From positions 31,930,001 to 31,994,000 of the forward strand of contig OX597842.1 in the NCBI GenBank assembly GCA_951406725.2: 64,000 bases of DNA, written 5' to 3'. Made by a program: the position numbers and the translations under genes. The DNA is from Octopus vulgaris (Eukaryota). How positions within the stretch are numbered: position 1 is the stretch's first letter; the number at the start of each line of letters is the position of its first letter. The notes under the pieces are model-generated. The model ran no database searches. It was not told where the DNA came from and saw only the letters and a list, made by a program, of their open reading frames with translations. Shown piece after piece: positions 51,553 through 63,260 of the stretch.

Positions 51553-52315
51553 GCTGTGATTCAGTGCTGGTGGCACATAAGAGAAGCATCTGAACGTGGC
51601 CGTTGCCAGCGCCACCCTGACTGGCCTCCGTGCTGGTGGCACGTTAAAATACCATCTGATCGTAGCTGTTTGCCAGCCTCGTGTGGCCCCCATGCCAGTG
51701 GCACATAAAAAGCACCATCGGATCGTGGCCGTTGCCAGCCTCGTGTGGCCTCCATGCCGGTGGCACATAAAAAGCACCATCCGATCGTGGCTGTTTGCCA
51801 GTCTCGTCTGGCCTCCGTGCCAGTGGCACATAAAAAGCACCATCGGATCGTGGCCGTTGCCAGCCTCGTGTGGCCTCCATGCCGGTGGAACATAAAAAGC
51901 ACCATCCGATCGTGGCTGTTTGCCAGCCTCGTCTTGCCTCCGTGCCGGTGGCACGTAAAAAGCACCATCCGATCGTGGCTGTTTGCCAGCCTCGTGTGGC
52001 CTCCATGCCGGTGGAACATAAAAAGCACCATCCGATCGTGGCTGTTTGCCAGCCTCGTGTGGCCTCCATGCCGGTGGCACATAAAAAGCACCATCCGATC
52101 GTGGCTGTTTGCCAGTCTCGTCTGGCCTCCGTGCCGGTGGAACATAAAAAGCACCATCCGATCGTGGCCGTTGCCAGTCTCGTCTGGCACATAAAAAGCA
52201 CCATCCGATCGTGGCCGTTGCCAGTCTCGTCTGGCACATAAAAAGCACCATCCGATCGTGGCTGTTTGCCAGCCTCGTCTGGCACCTGTGCCGGTGACAC
52301 GCAAAAAGCATTCAT
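51553..52315 (+). repeat. ~60-bp double-hairpin unit expanded about 12-fold within an RTE 3' UTR
   Basis: GTGCCGGTGGCAC-ATAAAAAGCACCATCCGATCGTGGC-GCCAGCCTCGTCTGGC. Confidence 0.85.
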
Positions 52316-53517
52316 TACACTCACGGAGTGGTTGGCGTTAGGAAGGGCATCCAGCTGTGGAAACACTGCCAGATCAGACTGGGCCTGGTGCAGCCATCTG
52401 GTTCGCCAGCCCTCAGTCAAAATCGTCCAACCCATGCTAGCATGGAAAGCAGACATTAAACGACGATGAGGATGATGATGTAGACCACAATCACTTAATT
52501 ACATAAAGAGAAGTCAGAGGTACTGATAGTTGAGGAGTCAAAGTTTTTAGTTTCGACCCCACTGCCGCGGTTGTTGCAGTGTATCTTGGTCAAGAAAGCC
52601 TAGTGGCGCCAATCCCTCTCCAGGCTAAACTCATTTCTATAGTTGAGTGTACTGGAGCAGGAGGCGCAATGGCCCAGTGGTTAGGGCAGCGGACTCGCGG
52701 TCGTAGGACCGCGGTTTCAATTCCCAGACCGGGCGTTCTGAGTGTTTATTGAGTGAAAAACACCTAAAGCACCACGAGGCTCCGGCAGGGGGTGGTGGTG
52801 ATCCCTGCAGTACTCTTTAACCACAACTTTCTCTCACACTTACTTCCTGTTTCTGTTGTACCTGTATTTCAAAGGGCCGGCCTTGTCACTCTCTGTGTCA
52901 TGCTGAATATTCCCGAGAACTACGTTAAGGGTGCACGTGTCTGTGGAGTGCTCAGCCATTTACACGTTAATTTCACGAGCAGGCTGTTCCGTAACCGACG
53001 GAGTGCTTCCATCCATATTGTACTGGAGCAACAAAAAAAACACAATTGAACGCCCAATCCTGGAATTGAAACCACAATCTTATGGTCAGAATGTAAAGAC
53101 AGACGAAATACCGCAACCATACGGCAACTGAAGCCAACATCTTATCAGAAGGGGAAATGACAGAATTGGCCTCTTTCGGTTTCTGCTGACCAAGTCCACT
53201 CAGGAGGCTTTGGTCAGCCTGGGGTTGTAGTAAAACGAATCGACCCTCAGTACTGAATTTTTTAAGCCTCGTATTTAAGTTTATCAGTCTCTTTTGCCAA
53301 ACTGCTAAGTTACAGGGACGTAAACACACAGACACTGGTTGTCAAGCAGTGGTGGACAAACATGAGCACAAAGGCACACACACACACATATATATCTGTA
53401 TATGATGGGCTTCTCTGTTTCCATATAACAAATCCACTAAAGTGTTGAGTAGACCTCAGACTGTGGCAGGAGATATTTGGTGCATCTGTGCCAGCTAGTC
53501 GTAAGTAGTCGATCCTA

Positions 53518-53566
53518 CAACCCTAATCCTAAACCTAACCCTAACCCTAATCCTCACCCTAACCTT
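53518..53566. repeat. Short degenerate interstitial telomeric repeat (CCCTAA)n
   Basis: About 7 imperfect units; smaller runs at 50945-50960 and 51335-51349. Confidence 0.7.
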
Positions 53567-55910
53567 AGTTTGTTTACTCTTTTACTTGTATCAGTCATTT
53601 GACTGCGGCCATGCTGGAGCACCGCCTTCAGTCGAGTAACTCGACCCCGGGACTTATTCTTTGTAAGCCCAGTACTTATTCTATTGGTCCCTTTTGCCGA
53701 ACCGCTTAGTGACGGGAACGTAAACACACCAGCATCGGTTGTCAAGCAATGCTAGGGGGACAAACAGACACACACATACATATATATATATACATATATA
53801 CGACAGGCTTCTTTCAGTTTCCGTCTACCAAATCCACTCACAAGGCATTGGTCGGCCCGGGGCTATAGCAGAAGACACTTGCCCAAGATGACACGCAGTG
53901 GGACTGAACCCGGAACCATGTGGTTGGTAAACAAGCTACTTATTCTATCGGTCTCCTTTGCTGAACCGCTAAGTGACGGGGACGTAAACACACCAGCATC
54001 GGTTGTCAAGCAATGCTAGGGGGACAAACACAGACACACACATATATACATATATACGACAGGCTTCTTTCAGTTTCCGTCTACCAAATCCACTCACAAG
54101 GCATTGGTCGGCCCGGGGCTATAGCAGAAGACACTTGCCCAAGATGACACGCAGTGGGACTGAACCCGGAACCATGTGGTTGGTAAGCAAGCTACTTACC
54201 ACACAGCCACTCCTGCGCAAAAAATAATTTATTTACTTAGTTTAAAAAATTATTTAGGATCGACTACTTACGACTAGCTAGCACGGATGCGCGCACCGGG
54301 ACCACTGATCGCTAGTAGTACAAGATATTTGACCAAGGTACCATGCAGTGGGATTGAATCCGGAATTGTGTGGTTGGTAAGCAAACTTCTTAACCACACA
54401 GCTAAATCCTGTGTGTGTGTGTTAGAGAGAGAGAGAGGGGGGTGGAGGATGTACAGGATCACCAATAACAAGAGGTATTGGTGGTCCTAGAAATAGCAGC
54501 CTAGTCTCCCTAAAAATCACATCCAGCCATGTTAAAACGACGGGGTGGCCACGGCTGGAATGCTTTTGATTGTAAAGGTCTGCTGGAGACAGAAATAACG
54601 AAAGGAGAGAGGATCACTGAACGACAACAACTGCAAGCGAACGAGGAAGCCTGTTTCTGTTAGAAATAGCAGCCAAATTTCCCTTAAAATTCAAACCTCT
54701 ACAGGTCTTGCGGTGGGGGGGGGGAGCAGAAATGGTGGTGGATATGGGGGGGCTAAACAATAACAACACAAACAACAACAACTGCAAGCCAACGAGGGAG
54801 CCTGTCTCTGCTAGAAATAGCAGCCAAATTTTTCTTAAATTCAAATCCAAACCTTCAGTGCGTTAAATAGGGACACATTGGGGAGCTAAAGCATCGTCCA
54901 ATGCTAAAAATAGAAGTCAAATTCATTTCCTTCCCTTTGATTATCCCCACTTCCTTTTAAAAGACGATGCAAAGATCATATTAGGAACGGATATGATCAC
55001 CGTGTTTCCTCTATCTGGCTTGACTTGGGGTTAAGTAACTAACATTAATGCACCTATACAACCGCTCTGCGCTGGAAATAACAGCTGAGTTCCCTCCAAA
55101 TGAAGCACCACTCACTTAGATGTTGCTTTCCCACCGAAAGAACAACATTTACGCTTCTACGTTGCTAGAAATAGCAGCTAAGTCTCGAGTCAGTCAGCTG
55201 TACTGATGTATTTTAATAATAAACGTTTTAAATAGGAAGTTAAAGTCATATGGAAGTGTTTGGTGAGTGAATGTAGGGCAGGATGGGATGGGATGGGATG
55301 GTCGTGTTTGGAACGTCGATCGTTGAACGCGGTTTATTGTGAAAAATAAAACAAGGTTTCGGATAATAACAGAGGGAGGGAGGGGGGATAGAGGGAGGGT
55401 GTAGAGAGAATAGAGAGAGGGGGAAGGGAAAGAGAGAGAGATGAGACATGGAAAGAGAAAGACATTCAAAGGACGGAGAAAGGGGGGGAAAAGAAAGACT
55501 AAGAAATAGAGAGCGAGAGAGACAGGGAGAAAGAGAAATATAGATATATATGTAAGGAGAGAGAGAGTAAGAGAAGAAACAGGAAGAAGAGTAGAAGGGA
55601 GAGATGAAGGCAGTGGAGAGAAGGAAAGAGAGACAAAGAGAAAGAAATAGGAAGAGAGGGAGGGTAAGAGATAGTGAGAGACAGAAAGACAACAGAGAGA
55701 GAGTACACAGAAAAATAGAAAGAAAGTAAAGAGACAGAGAGAGAGAGAGACGCTCCTGTTCACGCGCTGTCACCCGCCACTAAGCCGCCGACTTGGGTCT
55801 GTCCAGAGAATATTAGGGTTATAGTGTTGTTGTAGAAGTAGGGAAAGCTTAAAGGAGTCCGAGGCCCCAGGAAAGGGGCCAGAAAAACCCAAGCAAAACC
55901 ATCAACTAAC

Positions 55911-55929
55911 CTGTATTCTCAGCAGGCAT
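55911..55929 (-). CDS. LIN54: LIN54 candidate first coding exon (MPAENT-G, phase 1)
   Basis: ATG CCT GCT GAG AAT ACA G followed by donor GTTAGT. Phase 1 matches the acceptor at 40809. Lies in a unique, CpG-containing stretch with CDE/CHR and ETS motifs. Confidence 0.6.
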
Positions 55930-55944
55930 TCTGGATATTTTCCG

Positions 55945-55960
55945 TTCAAAATCACGCGCC
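55945..55960 (-). promoter_or_regulatory. CDE/CHR tandem element (GGCGCG-TGAT-TTTGAA)
   Basis: Minus strand reads GGCGCG, 4-nt spacer, TTTGAA: the canonical CDE/CHR spacing, 15 nt upstream of the candidate ATG. ETS-like CGGAAGT at 56000-56006. Confidence 0.65.
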
Positions 55961-56104
55961 CACCATTAATGATATCCCATAATAGTGTGTATAACACCGA
56001 CTTCCGTTACTGAGAGAGAAAGTGGGAGGAGAGAAACATAGCGAGAGAGAGAGAGGGTGACGCGGAGAAAAAGGAGGGAGTAGGAGAAGGCAGAGAAAGA
56101 TATA

Positions 56105-56540
56105 TAGCTAGAGAGGGAGAGTGAAGAGAGCCGTAGAGAGGGGGGGAAAAGCTAGAGAGGGAGAGTGAAGAGAGCCGTAGAGAGGGGGGAAAAGCTAGTG
56201 AGGGAGAGTGAAGAGAGCCGTAGAGAGGGGGGGAAAAGCTAGAGAGGGAGAGTGAAGAGAGCCGTAGAGAGGGGGGAAGCTAGAGAGGGAGAGTGAAGAG
56301 AGCCGTAGAGAGGGGAAAAAGCTAGAGAGGGAGAGTGAAGAGAGCTGTAGAGAGGGAAAAAGCTAGTGAGGGAGAGTGAAGAGAGCCGTAGAGAGGGAAA
56401 AAGCTAGAGAGGGAGAGTGAAGAGAGCCGTAGAGAGGGAAAAAGCTAGAGAGGGAGAGTGAAGAGAGCCGTAGAGAGGGGGGGAAAAGCTAGTGAGGGAG
56501 AGTGAAGAGAGCCGTAGAGAGGGGGGAAAAAGCTAGAGAG
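56105..56540. repeat. ~38-bp GA-rich VNTR, about 11 copies
   Basis: Unit GCTAGAGAGGGAGAGTGAAGAGAGCCGTAGAGAG(G)n(A)n. Confidence 0.9.
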
Positions 56541-57734
56541 GAAGAGATAGAGTGAGATAAAGGCAAAGGGAGAGAGAAGAAGAAGGAATAGAGATAAAGG
56601 AAATTAGAGGGAGAGAAAGAGTAAGAAAAAGGGAAAGAGAGAAGAAGAAGGAAAAAGATATAAAGAAAATGAGAGGGAGAGAAAGAGCGAACGGAAAAGT
56701 GCGGAGCAGACGTTGCTTCCGTATATTTAACTACTCATACCACTACTCCATCGGTTTCGTTCTTTCATTTCACCTTACTGGCTTTATAATTTCTAATTAT
56801 AGTTTTTAAATTATAAATTATAATTAAAAATTATAATTATAGTTTTTAAATCACTTGATTCGTGTGTCTTGCACTTCGATTTCTTGCTTATCCCTTACCC
56901 CTCTCTCTCACTCACATTTAACTCCGAGCCTGCTCTGCTCCTATTTCCGCTTCGCTTAGTTACATCACTCTTACCGCCACTCTCTCAACTCCACTCGTTA
57001 AGCTTCACTCATACATACGTTGCAGAGTAGAGTAACGCTGAGGTCCCTTCGCTACATTCAACTACTCAGCCCCATTTATTCCCCTCTCAACTTAGTTTGC
57101 TTTACTTCTGCACTTTTAATAAATAATAATAATAATAAAACATTGTGTACGGTGCTCAGGTGCACTACAACTCATCTAAAGTGTGTGTATAGTACATAGG
57201 GTAATGTACAATCGTCAGGTAAAGAACAGTGCATGGGTCGTGACATATACACATATGTGTATGAGTATGGAAAGGGGACAATCAGGTCGGAAAGGATGAG
57301 GGGCCCCACTTGACTTAAGTGCGGGATCTTTTCGGTTTCACCGGTAGTTTTTCCTAGCGGTGTCGTATGAAATTGTCACCCAAAATTATGACCCTAGTAG
57401 GATCTTTTCAGTTTGCTAGAAAAATCTGAAAAATCTGGCCTTCAAACTGAAAAGATCCCCCTAGTATCGATCTATTGCATTTCAATCTGTTTTAGGGTTA
57501 GGGGTGGGGGAAGGGTATCTTTTTTTTCTTCACAAATGTAAACAAACCCAATCTGTTTCTTAAACGAGGGACATATTCATACAGCACATAATGTTTTTTT
57601 TACCTCAATAGACGTCATTGATTGGCTGAAATTGCAGAAATTGAAGAAAATAAAACAACAAATATCTTACAAACTATAGAATTTTCTCAATGAAGCCAAG
57701 AGAAAAAGATGTTTAATAAACACCTTCTAGGTAC

Positions 57735-58612
57735 TAGTCTCGTAGACTGGACCCGGATTGCGCTCACGCGGAGGCACGCGTGCGCGCACTAGCCAGACGT
57801 AGGTACTCGATACTCGATCCTACGACGTGGCATGCGCTGTGCGCGATTCTCGCATGCGCGTTTTAACATGCGCAATTTCACTACGGAATTTTTTTTTTTT
57901 TTAATTCGGATTTTGTTTCTTATAGCGGTTTAAAGGACACAAACTATTCAACATATATATATATGGTCGTTCAGTTAAAAGGAAAAAAATTTTTTTTTAA
58001 GATTCGTTACTTGGGTTTGTTTCGACCCGTTGCAATTTGAATTTTGGAAAAGTATAAATTTTGCATTATGTAGTTTGTTATTGTGTTCAAGTGAACATTT
58101 TTCTGGTTGAAATACACCGAAAAGTGGCGACACAGCAGTGAAAAAATGTTTTTAAAAAATGTTAAAAAATAGGGATTTTCATAGAAGTACGCTACCAAAA
58201 TTTAGCGACAGAAAATAAATTAAAAACCAATTCACCTTTTCTGTTGAGTTATGGCAATTCGACCATCGGTGTGTGTTTTGCAAATGTGTTCGAATGAGAA
58301 ACTGAATATATCGAAACAAACCCGAACAACGAAACTTTAAAAAAAAATTTTTTCGGGGGGTGGGGGCTAACCGAACGACCATATATGTTGTATATTTTGT
58401 GTCCTTTAAACCGCTATAAGAAACAAAATCCGAATTTTAAAAAAAAAAAATTTTATCAGTGAAATTGCGGGTGGGGGTGGGTGGGGGGTAAACGCGCATA
58501 CGCGAATCGGAAAAGCGCATGCGCAAGTCACGTCGTAGGATCGAGTATCGAGTATCGAGTACGTACGTCTGGCTAGCGCGTGTGCGCAAACCGGGTCCAG
58601 TCTACGAGACTA
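57735..58612. mobile_element. Non-autonomous DNA transposon with ~250-bp TIRs (Academ-like)
   Basis: TAGTCTCGTAGACTGGACCCGG...CCGGGTCCAGTCTACGAGACTA, flanked by GTAC on both sides. Confidence 0.75.
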
Positions 58613-58719
58613 GTACCCGCAATTCTACCAGTATACGAAGTTTGAAAGTGTTTAGTTACGTGGAAATTATTTTAAAAAACTGCCGGTCAAACGGAAAAGA
58701 TCCGAAAAAATAAAGAAAA

Positions 58720-59345
58720 TACAATAAGGAGAATGGGTGAGAGAGAATAACAGGGAGAATGAGAGAGGGGGAAAATACAGAGGAAGAGAGGGTAAAAGAA
58801 TACGAGAGAGAATGGGCGAGAGGGAAATACAGAGAGAGAGAGGGGGTAAAAGAATAAGAGACAGGAAAATACAGAGAGAGAGAGGGGGTAAAAGAATAAG
58901 AGACAGGAAAATACAGAGAGAGAGAGGGGGTAAAAGAATAAGAGACAGGAAAATACAGAGAGAGAGAGGGGAAAAGAATAAGAGACAGGAAAATACAGAG
59001 AGAGAGAGGGGTAAAAGAATAAGAGACAGGAAAATACAGAGAGAGAGAGGGGGTAAAAGAATAAGAGACAGGAAAATACAGAGAGAGAGAGGGGGTAAAA
59101 GAATAAGAGACAGGAAAATACAGAGAGAGAGAGGGGGTAAAAGAATAAGAGACAGGAAAATACAGAGAGAGAGAGGGGGTAAAAGAATAAGTGAGAGAAT
59201 GAGAGAGGGGGAAAATACAGAGAGAGAGATAGGGTGAGAGAATAAAAGGGAGGATGGGAGAAGGGGAAATACTGATAGAAAAATACAGTGTGAGGAGGAA
59301 AAAGGGTGAGAGAGAGAGAGCATAAGGAGAATGGGTGAGAGAGAG
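58720..59345. repeat. GA-rich ~40-bp minisatellite
   Basis: Unit GGGTAAAAGAATAAGAGACAGGAAAATACAGAGAGAGAGAG. Confidence 0.9.
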
Positions 59346-62300
59346 TATTTCTTTATTCACCATAAGGTTGAGAAAAGAGGGGACAAAACAAACGTTGGGG
59401 TCAGGGTATCGAATGAGACGAAACATATGAATAAACAAACGAATTAAAATATATACAATTAAATGAGAATGAGTGATTAACAAAAAAATGAAGCGGAGGA
59501 CGCGGTTGACCCCACAAACCACATCCTCACACTGAAGACTTTGCTTTCTCCTTTTTCACATTCTCGATTAAACAGGTTCTTTCACTCGCAACATACTTGC
59601 TGTAGACTTCCATCTTTTACGAAACACACTTTGCGACAGGCATTTCTTCTCCAGCCTTATTTTCCGTTTCATGTGGAAAACGAAAAAGTCGATTAGCTCG
59701 AGACTGGAGATAAACATGCCTGTTGCAATTCCTTTTACTCTCGTCTTCCACACTACTTCTTTCGCCATAGCAACTACCGAGAGAAAACAGGCTCGCTCCT
59801 CCCTATTCAGGAAGGTCGGCGGAACTATCTTAATTACAGATTCGCTCGACAGTTGTACTCTTCTCGAATGCGACAGCAGGTGTTCGACATAAGTCCAGAG
59901 TTCAGTCACCTTGGGGCATTGCACAATCGCGTGCAGGACAGTTTCACTGTCCCTCTTACATCTTGCACAAACCGGCGAAGGTGCACACCCATGTCTAAAG
60001 AGCTTATCTCGAACCGGTAAAGCTCCTCTGTAACATTGCCAGGCCAGGGACTTTTGGTAATTATCCATAGGCCCCGGACCGAATGTTCTTTGGAACAGGC
60101 TGGCCAGTTGATTTTCGGCGAAGCCCAGAGTTTCTCCTAGGACGTCGTCACACTTAAACTCTACTAACCCTCTATAGAAGAACGCGGTAGTAGCCCCGCC
60201 ACCGGCGTTGCCCGACTGGGAGAGAAGCACGAGTGCCTGATAGCACTCTGCATGCCACATGCCCAACCTCGGTCTACACTTGATCCATGGGTTCAGTTCG
60301 TTAAACGATGTGAACTGTGGAAATAACAGCTTGACAAACGGAGACCACACCTGCTCACCGTCCAGGTAAATCCAGAGGTGCCTAAGCCTGAGCGCATGTC
60401 TGCGCATTTTTAGCCACGGCATCCCTAACCCACCGTTCAGCGGCTTTTGGCAGCAAATAGAGCGCCTTACAAGAGGTCTGCTGCCCCTCCACAAAAAGCG
60501 AAAGAGCATGCGTTCCAGTTTGTTCAGCCACGAATCGGGGCAAGGCACTACGGTTAGGCGGTAAGTGATTACAGAGGCGATAAACACTTCTGCAACCTCC
60601 GCCTTCCCTTTCAAGGACAGATTCCGTTCAGACCATGTCTGAGTTAGGAGAGCCACCTTTCTCGCCACCTCGCTCCAATTCTTCTCTATCTGGAGATCTG
60701 GACCTAACCAGATCCCAAGCATTTTCACCGGTCCTTCCGTCCAACGTCCTACGACGCTGTCGGAAGACATCGACTTGCCCCTCCAGGTGCCGAGTTGCAA
60801 GCCGACCGATTTATCCCGGTTGACTTTCGCTCCTGCCACCGCTTCGTAGTCCCTTAAGGCCTCACCCACCCACTGTAGGTGCTCGACTCGGGAAACGATG
60901 ACGGTGATGTCGTCCGCATACGCCGAAGCTGACTTTCCGCACCCTAGATCTTGCGGGGTGCCTCTCATAGTTTCCAACCTCCTCAGCAATGGCTCGAGGG
61001 CCAAAACGTAGAGAAGCGGGGAGAGAGGACACCCTTTACGTACCGAACGTTCAATGCTGAACGGTTCCGAAAGGAAACCATTTACCCGAACTACCTATTC
61101 GATGTTGCTGTATAAAGCGATGATCCATCCGCGGAAGGTCGGGCCGAAGCCAGCCGCCGCGAGGACCGCCGCCAGATACTGATGGTCCACCCTATCAAAC
61201 GCTTTCGATTGGTCCAAGTGGACCATAGCCCCACCCTTGCCAGGAATCCTATTTACCCTTTCTAAGGCATAGCGTAGAAAGTGGAGATTGTCGTGGATGG
61301 TCCTTCCAGGGATGGCGCAAGTTTGCACCTCGCCAACAAGTTCACCCACGACCCTCGCCAACCTTTTTGCTAAGACCTTGGCCAAGATCTTCAACTCTGC
61401 GTTAAGCAGAGTGATAGGCCGGAAATTATCAATTAAATCCCCCTTGTTTGGGTCCTTTCTTAACAGCGCTACCACTCCTCAGCTCACAGACTTAGGAATT
61501 CTCCCGTTCTGCTGCCAGTTGGTGTACACGCATGCAAGTAGGTGCCCAAACAAGTCTGGCATGCTACTATAGAGTTCGTAAGGCAGACCATCGAGTCCCG
61601 GCGATTTGTCCCCGCCGCATTCTGCCAACATATCCTTGACTTCTTTGGCTGTGATCGGCGCCTCACAAGATTCCGCGTCCGGCCCCGATAGACGCGGCGA
61701 ACCGGCTAGGAAGTCTGCGAGCTTCTCCCCGCGCTCCAGCTCGCCGCTCCTCCCGAATAGCTGGGCGAAATGATCATGAAACACCTTGCACATCTCCTCG
61801 GGTTCGTTTACTAATCGACCATTTGGGCCCGTCAAGGATCGAATGGTTGAGCTGTTGCCACGCTGGCCCTCTACCACCCGGGCCCATCCGGCTGCGTTGA
61901 TCCCTTCCTGTCTCATTGCACGGATTTTAGCCCTAATAATGCACCCTTCATGTTTAGCTTGGAGATGTTGGTCTAGTGCTAACCTCGCCGCTAACACTTT
62001 CGATGTACTGCCTGACCTCATTGCCTCCTCTATTGCCTTAACTAGTTCCTTTTCTACTTTGTTTCTAGCACTAGCTAGTTCTTTGCTAAACCTAATTGAC
62101 TCAAATTTGATGGCTCTTTTCAGGGCGTACCACCATTTATTGTTGATAATGGATCCGGTTAACGCCCTCATTACTAATTGTTTAATCCGATTCCTGTAGG
62201 CTTCACAGTCCAATAGTGACTTGTTTAGCTTCCAGTAACCGGTACCTCGTCTACACATGCTATCTATGTCGAGCGTACAGGTCACTAATTTGTGATCGCT

Positions 62301-63260
62301 GTAGCTGACGATATGGTGTTGTGGACAGCTAAGTATTTTCTTATCTTTCCTTCTAGTTATGATTCTATCGATATAAGATCTGGACGACCCGTCGTTTCTT
62401 GCCCAGGTCCACTCTGGAGTGTCTGGATGGTCCAGTCTGAATCTATCTGCCAATTCGAAACGACTTAGCATATCGTTGAGGTGAGGTAATCCCCTCGTAT
62501 TCTTTCTCGAGCCAACATAATCTACGCTTGCATCGCAAATTATGTTGAAGTCACCTAGCAATACTAACGTGTTCGACGTGCCAAGAAAATTCTCTAGGCT
62601 TTTGAAATACTCTTTCTGCCCGGCTTTTCCTGCGCAGGGAGCATAGACAGCGACCAGCCTGAACACTTTACCACTGCTGTGCGTCACATCCAAAACGACC
62701 AACCTGCCTTCCGGATCTATAAAGACAGTTCTAATCTCTAAATCCAGGTTTTTCCTGACCAGCACTGCCACTCCTCCTCCCCCTCCAGGTCGACAGGGAG
62801 AAATGTATTTCTCGTAGCCGTTTAGAAGGGCCGAAAAAGCCTGCAGCCCACTCAGTCTGGATTCGGTAATTACCACTACATCCAAACGATGCGACCTAAG
62901 GTCGTTAAGGAGGTAGCCTTGCTTCCAATACGACCCCAGGCCGCGAGTATTTATACAACCGAGTTTAAACGAGAATGTGAAAATTTAGTCGAATGTTTAA
63001 AACTTACTGTTTTAACGGAAGAGAGGATGTAGTTTCACCCTCATCTTTTCTGTCTGTGAGTGTTGTGTTTTGCGAGGTCAGTTTTTTTGCGAATTGCTTG
63101 TACAGATGGCTTGAAAAGTTCATCTGTAACGGGCCTACATCCTCCGCTAAAGATTTTTTAATTTCAAAATAATCCGCGTTATCTATCGTATAAAATTCTA
63201 CATTTTCGGATATAATACTATTTATATCTGTTGCGATATATTTTTTCGCCGATTTCAGAA
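59346..63260 (-). mobile_element. Tx1/L1-clade LINE, 5'-truncated within ORF1
   Basis: Open ORF1 tail ~63258-63004, then ORF2, then a 3' UTR ending AATAAAGAAATA. GA/TC minisatellite on both sides. Confidence 0.9.
59568..62970 (-). pseudogene. Tx1-type ORF2 (APE, RT, C-terminal Cys/His finger) with two in-frame stops
   Basis: The three listed ORFs share one frame, with stops at 61479-61481 and 61095-61097. Motifs: INTRGL, GDFN, SDH, WKLN, KSPGLDG, DQSKAFD, RKGCPLSP (usually RQG), YADD, CARC...H...C. Confidence 0.9.

Noticed and set aside
51553-52315. Palindromic repeat array as CRISPR, and 250-270 aa ORFs
   Set aside because: No unique spacers; it is part of an RTE 3' UTR.
52660-52735. tRNA gene
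   Set aside because: A and B boxes continue into a SINE body, and no proper acceptor stem forms.
58656-59522. 288-aa hydrophobic ORF
   Set aside because: Translation of a LINE UTR plus TC-rich minisatellite.
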